DNA of 63,801 bases, the filler included, from Bigelowiella natans CCMP2755 (lineage: Eukaryota; Protista; Cercozoa): the NCBI GenBank assembly GCA_000320545.1. It is 4 parts of 4 records of this genome, joined end to end, with 100 filler letters (N's around TTAATTAATTAA, not from the genome) between each part and the next. Parts side by side here need not be neighbours in the genome. Positions count along the whole stretch, not along the records: positions 1 to 13,989 come from ADNK01002447.1; positions 14,090 to 43,360 come from ADNK01001592.1; 2 more parts are not named here. One strand, given 5' to 3'. Positions within the stretch are counted from its first letter, which is position 1. Every line of letters begins with the position of its first letter. The position numbers were made by a program, and so were the translations under genes. The notes under the pieces are model-generated. The model had not been told where the DNA came from. It did no database searches and was given only the letters and a program-made list of their open reading frames with translations. Below, one piece after another: positions 13,027-26,744 of this stretch.

Positions 13027-13980
13027 TCACCGTAATAAAGACTAACAACGAACAAAAACATTGAATTAAGACGATACACGAATGAAAACATCAAAATATA
13101 ACATTTCGAGACCCCAGAACAGCACGGTTGATTCTATTTTTTCCGTCACAAATTCATGCCTATACCTACCTCAAGAGCGACTCGCAAGTCCCCATTGCAT
13201 CGTGATAAAGCGGCAACTATTTTCTGTGTGAATTGAGGAGCAAAACCGTCAGATGCGCTATCGGCTTATTTATATAAATTTCAATGATGCCTCGTCAATG
13301 TGAACAAATCAAGATGTAACAGATTGGCGTGTCCAATGTGTACGACAAACGTTGGGAACATTCATCCATGGGGATTAGTAGCCGCTCCAATGTGCAAAGT
13401 ACTGATGCTCTACACAAGCACAAGGCCGCCGCCATTGCTTCTTCTACAGCCACCACCTTGTTGTCCCGAAATCCCATATTCCTCAAGTCATATATCTTCT
13501 TGCCAAACTTGTGCAGCAGCTGCAAGATATACGGGAGACGATGATGCCCATCAGCTCGCATGCACGCGTAAACACACCAACCACTTGCTCACCACAGCCG
13601 CCACCACCACCATCATCATCATCATCATCACCATACAGGACGCAGGAGGATTGAGAGATAAAAAAAGCGTGAAGGAGGCCCCAAATGCGAGGAAGGGTAA
13701 CAGGCCATAATTAATCTCAAGCATAGCGCGCTCATTGCTCGTTAGCCGTGATCACGGGGAGGGAAAAATGGTCAATGCGCCGCACGCACCTGGGGATCCA
13801 CGCCTCGTATCCGAACTCTCCTACTAGCGCGCCCCCCGTTTTCACCCTTTTCCAGCTGCTTCTGCGCGCCGCGCTTGAGCGCCAGACGCGCGTTGTTTCT
13901 TGTCACCCTGGCGCAGGACGTTGCTGCTATCGCTTCTTCGTTCGCTTCTTCCTTCAGATGAGAGTGGGGGGGAGTGGAAG
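13027..13980 (-). CDS. 3' exons of a gene ending in a UBA domain
   Basis: QLLHKFGKKIYDLRNMGFRDNK|KIVAALSRCNGDLRVALE|SLLR* shows the UBA MGF loop and the AL..CNGD...ALE.LL helix; canonical phase-0 introns. Confidence 0.75.
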
Positions 13981-13989
13981 GGGGCGGAC

Positions 13990-14089
13990 NNNNNNNNNNN
14001 NNNNNNNNNNNNNNNNNNNNNNNNNNNNNNNNNTTAATTAATTAANNNNNNNNNNNNNNNNNNNNNNNNNNNNNNNNNNNNNNNNNNNN
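13990..14089. other. Assembly gap with artificial six-frame-stop linker TTAATTAATTAA
   Basis: N44-TTAATTAATTAA-N44; identical structure at 43361-43460 and 62497-62596. Confidence 0.95.
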
Positions 14090-14141
14090 TAGAAAATAAG
14101 GTAGAAGGAGGAAGGAGGAGGAGGAGGTACAATGCAACATA

Positions 14142-14183
<42 letters not shown>

Positions 14184-14369
14184 CGCAGGTATGAAGGAGG
14201 TATTGTGTGGGGGTTAGTGTGAACGAAGAAGAATGAATCATATTATGTTTTGTTGTTGCAATGAGTGATGACCAATAGTATCAATCAATCAATCAATCAA
14301 TCGCCAGATGATATTATATCAATCAAAGAGGAGAAGGAGGAGGAGGAAGATGATACAAAACTATTACAA

Positions 14370-14555
14370 TCACATCGTCGGCGACATGGCAAGCACTATC
14401 CAATTATCATCATCATCATCATCATTAGTACCTTTGAGTAGGTTGACCCCCGTAAAAGCAACTTCTAGGTTGAAACCATTACGACGGAAAGAGATTGTTC
14501 TATTATCACCGTCCCACAAGCACCCAATCACATCTCCTTGCTTCCAACGACCAGT

Positions 14556-14589
<34 letters not shown>

Positions 14590-15238
14590 CCGTATCTGTT
14601 ACGTGCGGTATCAGTACCAGCATTACCAGTAGTAGGAAGATGATTCATCAAAATAGTAGTAGTAGAACAAACAGACAACCGATAATACGATAGATGGATT
14701 AAGCTAATACTCAACTGCATTATTGATGACACCACCGTTCTTATTCGTATTCTTCTTATTATTATTATTCCTCCTCTTCTACTCACTACTGTACTTACTT
14801 TGAGGCTCTTCCTTCGTATATTTTTTGCCCTGCTTTACTCTCAAACCCCCACGTGTTGGGAAGATCACCAACACCACCACCAAATGATGCTTTGGTATTC
14901 ATCCCGAAGGTTTCTGGGCATGCCCACCCCACATGGATACCACCTTAAAAGATATGGAAGACGAAACAGCATCAATGGACAAAGAGGAGGAGGAGGAGGA
15001 GAGGGAGAAACATCAGTATTATGACTATCATCAGAATAGATGACGAAGTTTTTCACTTTCAATGACCATGATGATGATGATGATGATGATGAGGATGATG
15101 ATGATGAGGATGATAGGTAGCTTTTTATTGATGAAAACTACAACAACCTGGCTTTCGTACATGTACTTCATAATACCATTTCCCCTTGGTAAGAAGCGCT
15201 CCGTATGCAAGGGTAGTCACGGGTACTTGAGAGGTGCC

Positions 15239-15272
<34 letters not shown>

Positions 15273-18115
15273 ATGAACCATATTATGTTATGTCCCAAAG
15301 AAGAGCAGGAAGAGAAGTAAGTAGGATATACTTCAACTATAACACAGCACAACATAGACGATGAAGAGGGTTGGAGAACATTAGAGCACAAATAGTAGTA
15401 GATCACAAGGAATAACGCTTATTCTTCTGCTAGTGCCTACACACCACCACTACCACCACCACCACCACCACTACTACTATAATAGTTTGATGATGATGAT
15501 GGTGATGATGATGATGATGGTGCTAATACTACCCTTTACAATTCGACCCTGCACCAAAGACGCTCCCACACGCGAAATGGACAACAATCGCAATCTGCAC
15601 GTCTGCAAGCTTTCGAGAGCCTCTTTGATGAGTTCCTTCTCCTGATAGTAATGATAATAAGTGAGGAAGATGAATGGATAGAGAAATGCTTGCTTCAAGA
15701 TGGGGACCAATGGCTCCTCATTATCATCATACTACAACTACTACTACATGTACTACTACTACTGCTACTGGTACTACAACTACTCTTAGCTCTTGTAGTA
15801 GACTTAACTTCCTAACTACTACTACTACTACTACTACTACCTTCGGCTTAAAACCAAGTTTACGGAAGATTTTGGGGTCTGCTTGAGCTACGAGGAAGAG
15901 ATCTCGTACCGTTCGTACTTTAAGTTCTGATGCCAACCGCTATCATCCAACATAATCATAATAACAAAAATTAATAACACAAAATAGCAGCAGCAACAAC
16001 AAGAACAACACAAGGAAGATAAGTAGAGTCGTAGCGTGTCTTCTCTCAGGTGATTTTGTGCTTCTACAGGGACGAGTGGTATCAACATTACATCATCAAA
16101 TGAACTAGGAGGAGGAGGAGGAGGAGGAGGAGGAGGAGGTGGAAATGAGAGGGAAAATGATGACGAATACTATGATGACACGATGATTCGTTTGATGTAC
16201 AAGGTAATAAGGAGGCGAAAGAAGAATGGGTGGTATAGTATATGAGGAGAAAAGGAAAAGAGTAGGAAGGTAGATAAGTTATTTATGGTAAGGGTTCTCC
16301 TATTAGCAGAGCCACTGACCACTAGCAGCACGTCTTTTGCATGTTTTCCTTCTGAATTATCGTTACTACTACTATCCTCCTCCTCCTTTGTGTTGTTCTT
16401 AGCTGGTGAAGACGAGGAAGTAGTAGCAGCGGTGGTGTGTGGTGGGAACAACGTAAGAAGAAAATGCTCCAAAGTGGTGTCCAAGCGCACCTTCGTTATT
16501 AGTAGTAGTAGTAGTCTCAATGAAGAAGAACACACAACGACGTATGATGAGCGCAGTAGATGATAGAAGACGAAAGAGGAGAAGTAGAGAGTTGAGAGGT
16601 GTTATTACGATCATTCACGTGTTGGTTTTTGCAGCATTTTGAACAATAAAATGATGCTGATGGTGATGCTGAAACAGGAACGATGATAAACCTGGGATCT
16701 CCGTTTATAACCACCACTCGAGAGACTTCCACGACCATTAGTAAGTTGTTGTTGCTGCTGGTTCATCACCTGTGCACGCGTATTTCGATGTGCGACAAAG
16801 GCTGCCCACTCCAAAACTCCTTTCTCACGAATCAGAACGCCATCTGTAAACATCATTTGTTGTTGCTGCTTTTTAGTTGTTTGCTCGCAATTATGGACGA
16901 TAGTGGTTTTGTTGGTTGACATCAATTGTTGAGAGGAAGAAGAAGAATATAGGAGAAATAGTATCTGAAAGAACCAACATTAGTTGTTCAGAGGAAGAAG
17001 AATCAAGGGTAGTAGTATCTCAAAGCTTACAAATGAGTACTGACTCCTTCTTATTTCTATTTCTCAACTTTGAGGTCAAATTAAAAATGATTTTAGTTTG
17101 TCTTGCTTCTTTTTCTTTCTCTCTTCCTTTTGCCTCCCACCGTAGACGACGCGCATATAATGCTCTTTGCCCAAAATTTGATGCGTATTCTCTGACATGC
17201 CGGCAGCCTCAATGATGGAGCGAATGGGAAGAGGGGGAGGATAGGGAGGTGGAAGGAGAATCAACAGCCATGAATTTGCATACGAAATACAAATACAGAA
17301 AAGAAAAATCATTGAAAAAGATTATTGATAGATTATAATGAAAATCTAAAAGATTGAGGATGGATTATGTTGATGGCAGTCTTGATGAACCAGCACCACC
17401 ATCACCGTCGTGCATACCATCTCTCATTTCGTGTTTATACAGCTCCTATAAAACCTGTAAAAACGCGTTGACGGTGCGGGCACTCATCATTTCTTGATAG
17501 AAGCGATCCCTAAGAATGTTAAGCAGCTGCATGAACTTGGAGGTTCCATACTTGTCGAGCTTCTCCTGAAGGAAAACAGAGGACCAACCCCACCCACCAC
17601 CATTTGCGCCATCATCAATGATTGCTGTATGTGAGAGGTAGCCAATTCACACAAAAGTATTATTATTATCCAAGTATCGTTACTCTGGTACTAGAAGTAC
17701 TAGCAGTTGTTAGTATTAACGCATTGCTTGCCGTTGTGTTTACTTTAAGTGCAGAGGCGTTGTCGCCCTCAAGCTGCTGACACATCCGTATCCCTAACTA
17801 AAAAGCAAAATATATTCCAAATGAGTACCTCCCTCCCTCCCTCCCTCCCTCATTTGGCTGTGTTACTAAGTTGAGGATTATGTTGTACATAACCTGACAA
17901 AGAAGACGTGGAATCAGGTCTCGGTGTATGAAGGCCTGAAAAATAAAATAGGGGATGATTTGTCGTTCGACGGCACGCCTGTTGGTGTCACTCAGTCATT
18001 CATAACTGCTGCTACTTCTTCTTCTTCTCCTTCTTCATTACTGTGAATATGGTAGAAAAAGAATGGTGGAAGAAAATGCCCCACGTTCGCCATTTTATAA
18101 TACATGTAGTAGTAA

Positions 18116-18154
<39 letters not shown>

Positions 18155-18653
18155 AGTCTTCGAGTTCTCTCGCTATCCACCATCTTACCTGGCCTTGAGA
18201 GACGCTATTCCATATCCGCTCCGTCTCCTCTTCATCAAGCCATACCTAATAAAAAGAAGAGACGACGACAATGTCGCAAGAAGACAGTATATGATAATAC
18301 ATACATATATACATACATACATACATACACCGATACCGACGAAAACAACAATGATGAAGCATGCAAGTATTCCTCTATAAGATATTATTCGAGTACTTCA
18401 AGCAGTGAGTTGAATGCCTCCTGACAAATGTCTGGTACCTTTATCTTTTTCATGCCAAGGAATTTGACAACGTCATAGCTGCACGCGAAAGAGGAGGGCT
18501 TGATCCCCATCCCTGGTGTTCTCTTTTCCGAGCTACGCAAACGTGACAAAGAGACCTTTTGCTGCTCACTTCAAATTCCAAGTGGTATTCCTCGTTGAGT
18601 ATTTAGGATGTTGTTAGTGTTGTTATTCTTCTCTATTCCTGGCTAACTTTCAT
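14370..18653 (-). CDS. SAM-like + SPRY domain protein (may continue across the gap to the UBA exons)
   Basis: SPRY pieces: TLAYGALLTKGKWYYEVHV, GVGDLPNTWGF, RWKQGDVIGCLWDGDNRTISFRRNGFNLEVAF. SAM-like: LASELKVRTVRDLFLVAQADPKIFRKLGFKPK|EKELIKEALESLQ. Upstream helical exons at 17450-18480. Start uncertain. Confidence 0.7.
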
Positions 18654-18974
18654 CGTCCAAACTACAAACGGCGAGAACCACACCAACAATTCAATATTCG
18701 AAGAACAGAAATTGGAACTTTGTTGATCAATATCAGTTAGTGACGGGGCTAGAATTCGGCGAATTCCGGCGAATTACTCCCAGCTGTCGCTATTGCTGAA
18801 TTATTTAGAATAGTTGTGCTTCCATATTCAATAAATTCATTCTACTTTATGTTTCCGTCTTGTTATTATCGATGTCGCATTATAATTATGTCTTCAATTA
18901 CGCTATCTCGAGTCTGAGCCAAGATCAGATTGTCATATTAGGCCCGTGTGTAGACCCTCCCCTCACATAGCAAA

Positions 18975-19630
18975 ATGAGCATGCTCGCCAGTAAGCCCAA
19001 GAAGGTGGCTCAATCCCAAGAAGTCTCTCGTAGTATCCGTATCACCTTATCTTCCAGGAAAGTTAAAGCTCTTGAAGCAGGTGGATTCGATTGATTATTG
19101 AAGTATGGCATACAGCAGAACATAATGGATAAAAAGTTACACTATGCGGAGTGAATTAATAGCCCTGAATTAATAGCCCTATGCCTTTTTTTAAATAGTA
19201 TGCAATACGCTCATCGATAAGTCCAAGAAGCGTGGACTTAAGGTTAAGGGGCCTGTCCGCCTGCCAACCAAGCACCTTCGCATTTGCACAAGAAAATCGC
19301 CTTGTGGTGAAGGAACCAACACTTGGGACAAATTCGAAATGCGCATTCATAAGCGCATCATCGACCTCCACTCTCCCGCCGATGTTGTACGACAGATTAC
19401 TTCTATCAGTATCGAATCCGGTATTGCAAACGTGAAAATTATACATGACTTTCATTCAGACTAGATGTATAGACGCTAACACCCAATCACAAATTAAACC
19501 TCTCATTAGCACCCACATAACTAACATGCCTAGGTTCTCCCGACCATGTTGATAGTTTTCACTTTTAATATTCATATGTTTTGATGTCTATCCAGGTGTT
19601 GAAGTTGAAGTGACCATTCCTGAGAAGTAA
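18975..19630 (+). CDS. RPS20: 40S ribosomal protein S20 (uS10), 3 exons
   Basis: [10 protein letters not shown]...[15 protein letters not shown]|[74 protein letters not shown]|[11 protein letters not shown]; introns 19081-19198 and 19421-19594 approx. Confidence 0.97.
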
Positions 19631-19749
19631 AGAGTTACATGAAGTCTAAACCGATGAACATGTGTAGTATCGGTGGGACCGTGGTGTCGCTACTGTCATT
19701 GATGTCCATTCTGTTCAGTTAGAAAAAAATAGTTTTCTACACAGAACGT

Positions 19750-20580
19750 ACACAGCATGGATAGGATATTGAATGTGTGCTGGCACTTGGCGCGTAATGA
19801 TAAACAGCACACAAACGCCCACATGAAAGAACATATAGAAAATATGTCGAGGCCTAGGCAACTGTAGTAACATTTACACGTGCGCCCCAGCGCGTACGCA
19901 CATGTAAAGAATTAGGTGCTGTGATGATAAAACGTCTTAAACATGCTAGCACGCTAGCATACTAGCATAGCAGATATATGGCATGGTTGCAATAAAACAC
20001 TAGAACAGCATCCTACTCCAGTTGTACGCGTGCAAGCTATAGCATGCCACGACATCACGATGCATGCTGTAGCTAGCTCTAGAGCTATAGGCTGCTCGCA
20101 ATATGCTAGCGTGCAACGAATAATCAAAGTCCCGCACATTAATATATATGCGCAATAATGCACATGCATATACATGTATGATCGATCGACCATCTAGCTA
20201 GCTATAGTAGCTAGCTAGATAGCTATATAGCCACATGCAACAACATAACAATAAACAGCGAGCGACACATGTATGCATGCATGCACACAAGCTAGCGCAC
20301 ATATAGCATAGCAAGCGCATGTACCATCATGCAACGAACATGCTAGCATGGATCGGACCACACATGTATATAGCATGATCTCCTAAAGATATGCGATGAT
20401 CGATTGCGTGACTGCATGCCCAATAATGTGTGCACCATCTAGACATTACACTTTGTGGCGGGTGCATTGTCTGAGTAATCTAGCAATAGATGTAACGATG
20501 CACATTGGCATCGGATGGGATTTGAGCAATTATCATTGACTTCCATGCTAAAGATAACACGCGTCTTGTCGTGCTACGAT
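19750..20580. other. CTAG/CATG/TGCA-rich tail-to-tail spacer tract
   Basis: e.g. catctagctagctatagtagctagctagatagctatatag (20191-20230); between the RPS20 stop and the OCA4-like stop. Confidence 0.75.
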
Positions 20581-20761
20581 GCAGTTTTCCAGGGATAAGG
20601 GCCACTTCTAAGGGGAAGCCCCATTATCAATGAAAGAGGTATGGTATTTCATAGTTTCGAGATTTAAGATTTCACTTATTATTGTTGGCTTTGATCAAAG
20701 ATCGTCCCTAGTCATCCACCTTTTCAGATTATTATCACATTATAAACCAGGGTTTACATAA

Positions 20762-21965
20762 TTAGTCAGCCTCTCTCTGCGCTGGTGTATCATAACTACT
20801 CTTTTGATGCCTTTCTTCTATATTTTATCTCGTATTTTCCCTTGACATAGTACTTTTCGCAACACACACAGGACACAAATGATGCTGTACAACTATAGAC
20901 TAGGGTAAAATAATCATTGTCACCAAAAAAATTAAATTAACTCAATCTCCTTACACATTAGTGAAATTGCCTGGTAACATACCCACAACTTAAATATTTA
21001 AAATTTCCAGATAAACGTACAGGACTGCGAAGCAGCTGCTTCAACTACCTCTTTTATGGTCTTTTTTCGTGTGTATTTGACGCCAGGCCCCGTAAGAGGA
21101 ATAATGGATGGGAAATCACTTCCAAGTATTATTGAATTGACCCAGTCACTCACTTTATCTTGAAGGTATATCAGGGCAATGAGGGAAGATAAATAGATCA
21201 TCAGAAGTAGCATGTAGCTTTATCATTCGTCAATGGCATTGCTGTCGTTTTTGTAGCAGAATGATTGTATTGATCCCTCAAAATACGGTATGGTGATGTA
21301 ATGATGGCAGCTTACAACATGAATACATATTTAAACCAACTTGAAGTTGTTCTGATGCCAGTGACAATGGCATATTATTTGTTTTTGAATATGTATAACC
21401 AACTCTAATAATAACACTACCTATCGTTTCTTTTGTCTCTGCTTTCCGGGTAGTATCATTTTTATTATCGTTGTCAGTGGTGGCAGCAGCGGTTTTTGAA
21501 TTTGTCGCGATCATTTTGGTTGTCGTCGTGGTAGAAATGGTATCAACCATAGATATAATGTCGGTATCGAAATTCTCAATCTGTGCCATATTGCAACACA
21601 AATTTCTTAAAGTATATGTCATGCATGCACACGCACTTATGTTGTCAAATCTCAACAGTGAAAACATTGCTTTGTTGGATTTGTTGTTGTTGTATTGGAT
21701 ATTTCTCTTATTCTTTGCTGCACAGACAGAGATATTTAGTAAGATTGTGGGTATTTAGTGTTCTACATACGAATTGAAGGGCATTGTAAACGTTTGCCGT
21801 CTGGCCAGCAAATCTTCGATATCTTAATATGTGTGGGTAGAATAATTTTGTTAATGCAGTGTGCGACGAAGATGACGATAGCAGCAATCAACAATACGTG
21901 AGTGCTGAGAGCCATAATAGCTATGCCATGTGAAGTATATAATTATGGTTTCATTTTATCCCGTT

Positions 21966-21997
<32 letters not shown>

Positions 21998-22493
21998 TAT
22001 CTTTAATTTCATATTTGTCATCAACATCTGAATTTCTTTTCTCAGCTCTCTATTTCTATCACTCACTCGTCCACAATCGAAGATAATGTCCAATGCCGCA
22101 CTTTGCGAAAGCAGCCTACAACAACACCTTGAACAAAATATAAGCATATTTATGGTAGATAACGATCAAACTGAAACTAGTTATCACTATCATTTATGCT
22201 AATAATACTATTGATGTATCTGCTGGCTGGAATGTTGTTTAGAGAATAGTTGATAGTGATGTCGATAGTAAGGAAATACAATATCGATGATATACTACCT
22301 GTGACACTGTACCCTGAAGAACACATAATAAGACATGGTCTACTTGCAGGATCCAACAGTATCTCAATTGCTTCCTAATTATGGTCGATCATAAGAATAA
22401 CAATAAGAATCAAAGACAGCAGAATCTCAATCACACCTGCTTTCAATATTGTCAAAACAACTTATTTAGTAGCTACCATGTTCTCTCTTCCTC

Positions 22494-22528
<35 letters not shown>

Positions 22529-23810
22529 ATGTGTGTGTGTGTGTGTGTGTGTGTTTTGTATTAACACTATTTCCATTCCCTTCTCTCCTCTCCCACTTCC
22601 TATCATCATCATCATCGTCGTCGTCATCGTCGTCATCCTCACTGTGACAAGCTCCAAGTTGAATGGTTCCCAAGAAGAAGAAGAAGAAGACGGTTGCCAT
22701 GTCTTAAGACCCACCGCTACCTGAGTAACATTATTTTTTACATTGTTTTTTCAGAACAACAAAGAGATTTCCGCGTAGACGGAAGAAGATAGATGGATAG
22801 ATAATTAGAGAGAGAGAGGGAGATTCTCTCTTGCCAGCCATTACAATGTTTTCCACGGTGGTCGAGAAGGCTCACCATCATGAATAATCCCTCTACTACT
22901 TACTGCAATAAAGCCAACAACTCACTCCAACGTCTAACCCATTTAATCCAGACCCTAATTAGCATTTCTATACTATCATATGCTGCTACTAACACGACTA
23001 CCAAATTGATATTGTTTGACAGTAAGAAGTTCATTACAGCTGCGGGACATTGTTCCACAGAAAGGTTCAAAACACACTTTAGCTTTAGCTGCAATTGATA
23101 AAAGAATTATTCAAAATGGGTGAGCTTGTGCATGAGCTTTACTACGTTTCTAGTGCATCAGGTGATGCAAAATTTTCCAAGATTAATACCAACACGTTTG
23201 ATAAAACCAGGTTATCAGTTATTCATCATATCTCATGTTTATTATAGTTTACATTGCTTAAGAACGAGAGGCTGCTCTCTTCTAGCATGGCTGATCGGTA
23301 GATGCCTGCAAATTTAGCCATTCGCAACGACACTGATGATATTCTGATCGAATCAATATCAGCTGAAGTGCTTCTTGTAATGGCCTACCTTTTTCCACAA
23401 TCCCATAAGCTTTCGGCAAGAACAAAGGCGAGGATAGATCAAAAAGACTTCTCTTCGCTCTTCCGGTGTGCTTCTTACGAGATTGCTTAAAACGGCCTCT
23501 CACCTGCACGTATTCGTCCCGCATTTCACTTATGCATTATTATGTGCTTTATAGAGTAGTTTAAAAGTACTCTCCTCCTCTCAGTTGTGTTACCGATCCA
23601 GCCGCCTTCGGACTTCGCAGCAGCATCCGCTTTTTCTTTTCCTATATACAGCCAAATGTTAGGGATAGAATAGGCCAGGCATACGATGGAATTGTGACAT
23701 GCCTGGGACGAACGGGAGGGGGAACGGCGCATCTTCAATCCGATCTCGGTAAGCTGTCGGATGACATGGACTCTTCGTTGTTCGGGAAGGGGTTGTTGTT
23801 GTTGTTGTTG
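20762..23810 (-). CDS. SIW14/OCA-family (PFA-DSP) phosphatase-like protein, OCA4-like, probably catalytically dead
   Basis: PLFLPKAYGIVEK|GIYRSAMLEESSLSFLSN|LKLKCVLNLSVEQ...NNINL|VAVGLKTWQP...WEPFNLELVT|EAIEILLDPASRPCLIMCSSGYSVT|GVVGCFRKVRHWTLSSIVDE|YRRFAGQ...|IENFDTD. Both ends approximate. Confidence 0.85.
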
Positions 23811-24100
23811 TTGCTATTCACATGTGTTGTGGCAGGTGTTGTTCATTTTTGTTTATGAGCCATTGAGACATATTCCTACGGTCCTGGGTTTTCGGTTTTC
23901 GGTGGGAAACAATCATAGTTAGTTAGTTGGTATCCGATTCAGCTGCATCTTATTAATTGTTTAAGTTAAAATAAGCACAACTTTTCGACCTTATCAAGTA
24001 CACGTTATAACATGTTAGTTGAAGAAGTTACATCTTTGACTAGATCTACCGTTAAGACTCCGTCTATGTTTTTATCTAAATACATCTAATCGGAAATCAT

Positions 24101-24167
24101 CAACAACTCACAACAATAATAACAACAACTCACAACAATAATAACAACAACTCACAACAATCACAAC
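24101..24167. repeat. 22-bp tandem repeat (caacaactcacaacaataataa) x~3
   Basis: Read directly from sequence. Confidence 0.8.
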
Positions 24168-24356
24168 AAGGAAGAACTACTTGGAAGGAATGGAGGGACA
24201 CGAGCAAACAAGCTCCAGCTCATTATTGCACATCGAAGATTGAACTCCACGGCCTTAACATGAACGTTTGCTTGCGAGCTGGCTCTCTATCCTTTCATGT
24301 CTAAAATTTTGTATGTTTTTACGACTACTACTTCAGAATACAGCAGCGGTAGTCGC

Positions 24357-24489
24357 TCTTTGACACCACCATGTCATAACTCCAATCCGATGGCACCCTC
24401 TTTGACACCACCATGTCATAACTCCAATCCGATGGCACCCTCCAATCCGATGGCACCCTCTTTCACACCATGTCATAACTCCAATCCGA
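24357..24489. repeat. 42-bp minisatellite (translates SLTPPCHNSNPMAP), ~3 copies with an internal 18-bp duplication
   Basis: tctttgacaccaccatgtcataactccaatccgatggcaccc repeated. Confidence 0.9.
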
Positions 24490-24567
24490 AAGTACCCGAC
24501 TTTCTACGCAAATGAGAACGATCACCTTTCCAAATTTTGATGCATAGCTTCTACCTCCTCTTCTTTC

Positions 24568-24669
24568 TCCTCCTCCTCCTCCTCCTCCTCCTCCTCCTCC
24601 TCCTCCTCCTCCTCCTCCTCCTCCTCCTCCTCCTCCTCCTCCTCCTCCTCCTCCTCCTCCTCCTCCTCC
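24568..24669. repeat. Long perfect (CCT)n microsatellite, ~34 units
   Basis: Read directly from sequence. Confidence 0.95.
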
Positions 24670-24734
24670 CTGGATTTGGAATAGCGATCAATTGTTTAAC
24701 ATGAAGTTGGTTGGTTCTTACTTTTTGTCACGAT

Positions 24735-26705
24735 AGTCGTCGCAAGGAAGGAGCATGCTCCATTGGATGAAGAAGTGAGTCATAACATTCCGATTGACTA
24801 TCACTACTTACTCAAACTGGGCCGTGCTAAGTTCTTCTTGTGCACGAATTGTGTGCAGAATTGCATCGATGAAGAAGCCAGCAGCAGCTCCCAAAATGAG
24901 GTGGTTTGGTCCTTCCTGTTTACCCTTCTTTATCTCCTACTTCGATTTTGCATTCAGTGTAATGCTGCTCATACTATTGGTGGATAGAATCTTTGGTGGT
25001 CATCATCATTAAATCACATGTTAGAGCAGCAGCAGGGGTGTGATGTAAGTAAGTAGTAGGAAACTGTGCATCAATCCAGTTGTGGTTTCAGAACTATCAT
25101 CTTATTATTAGACACATCTTTACGATCAACTTTCAAAGAAGTGGGTTTTTTTCCTTGAGAGCTGTTTCGTAACATATCATCGTCAATGCAACTTACTTCC
25201 TCTTTCCTCTAATAAATCTCCATGACATTGGCTATGATGACGTTGGTGGCCGACCTAGATACTACACAATTGATGAGGTAATATATGATTATTCTGAACA
25301 TTGTGTTTCCACCTCTACCTCGCCTCCTTCCTAGCTACTGATATGTTCGTTATTTGTTGTGTGATCCAATTCTTTGTGTATCATTGTCATCATCATCATC
25401 TGGCAGCTGTGTATTAATTGTGTTGCTACTTCCTTCAAATAGCTACCTACCTTTCTTTCCTCTCTATGTTCCAATATATAACTACAAATCTATATAATAT
25501 TTCCTTCCTAACAGATTCGTCGCCACAATACATCCATGGACGCATGGTACTGCTATGGATATCGAAGAGATCAATCACATCAAATTGTCGTATTGCAGAA
25601 ATGTCTATGTCTCTGCCTTGTTGTTGCCTCTCTGCTCTTACTCCGCTAACTACTACTACTACAACTACTACTACTACGTTCATGCCTCCCTCCTGATAAC
25701 TACCGCTGCTCCTACATGAAGGACGGTGCTGGGAGACGTTGTTTTCAACATCACGGACTACATCGAGTATCATCCAGGTTACTGCTAGTAGTGGTCCTAG
25801 TGGTAGTTGTTGTTGTTGTAAGGAGAAGAATAGAAAAAGAATGAGAAGTGCTCCTGGAAGTAGTTATTAGCACTGATATCTGCTAAGAATAGAGAGATGA
25901 TGCAAGGACAATGATTTGTTTAAGCAAATGCTATTCCTTATTTAATTCAGGAGGATTCGATAGAATAATGCAGGCTGCAGGGCAGAATGCAACGAAGCTC
26001 TTTGAAAAGGTTGTTCCCAACAACAAATGCACATCACACGAGTCGTCCTCTTCTCCCATCATCCTCTATAGTCTCCCTGTTCTTTTTCTTCTTGTTCATA
26101 TATATTGTCAGGCGCATGCATACGTAAATGCAAAGGCAACACTGAGGCCATACATACTGGGCAAAATCGTAATAATAATAACAATAATAATAATAATAAT
26201 AATTAATGATAATGATAGTAATTATACCATACCAGCAATGTGACTTATGAATTGTTCTTATACCGTAGAGAGGGGGAACGAATAATTTTGTGGATGGTGG
26301 TGCTGCTATCAGTACTGCTGCCACCGCAGCTATCAACACAACCAACGAGAGCTCTTCTGACGATAACCATGAAGACAAAGATGGTGACTGTGGGAAAGAC
26401 GATAAATACGGCGCTGTACGTAATACCACCGACAGGAACCGTTACTACTCTGTTTCACAACTTGCATACGATGCTTTCGAAAATGATACGCAGGTTAGTA
26501 ATTGGGTGCTTGCTGCTACTTTTCAAATGTATTCTATATACATAAAATGACCTCGACGGTGTATTTTTTTAAAAAAATATTTTTGCTATATCTCTTATAA
26601 AGCTGGTATTACAACACCATTTTTATGTGATTTGATAATGATTTCCTCGGTGGACGACTCGTTATTTTCATAAGGCATTGCTTTTCGTCATTCGGTATAT
26701 AGATA

Positions 26706-26744
<39 letters not shown>

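Noticed and set aside
14034-14045. Perfect palindrome TTAATTAATTAA occurring three times
   Set aside because: Always centred in N-runs; it is an artificial six-frame-stop contig linker, not biology.
19081-19594. Intronic snoRNA in RPS20
   Set aside because: No convincing box C/D or H/ACA arrangement seen; only a 14-bp tandem duplication (gaattaatagccct).
24357-24489. Repeat array as a possible CRISPR
   Set aside because: Tandem units have no unique spacers, there are no cas genes, and the context is eukaryotic.
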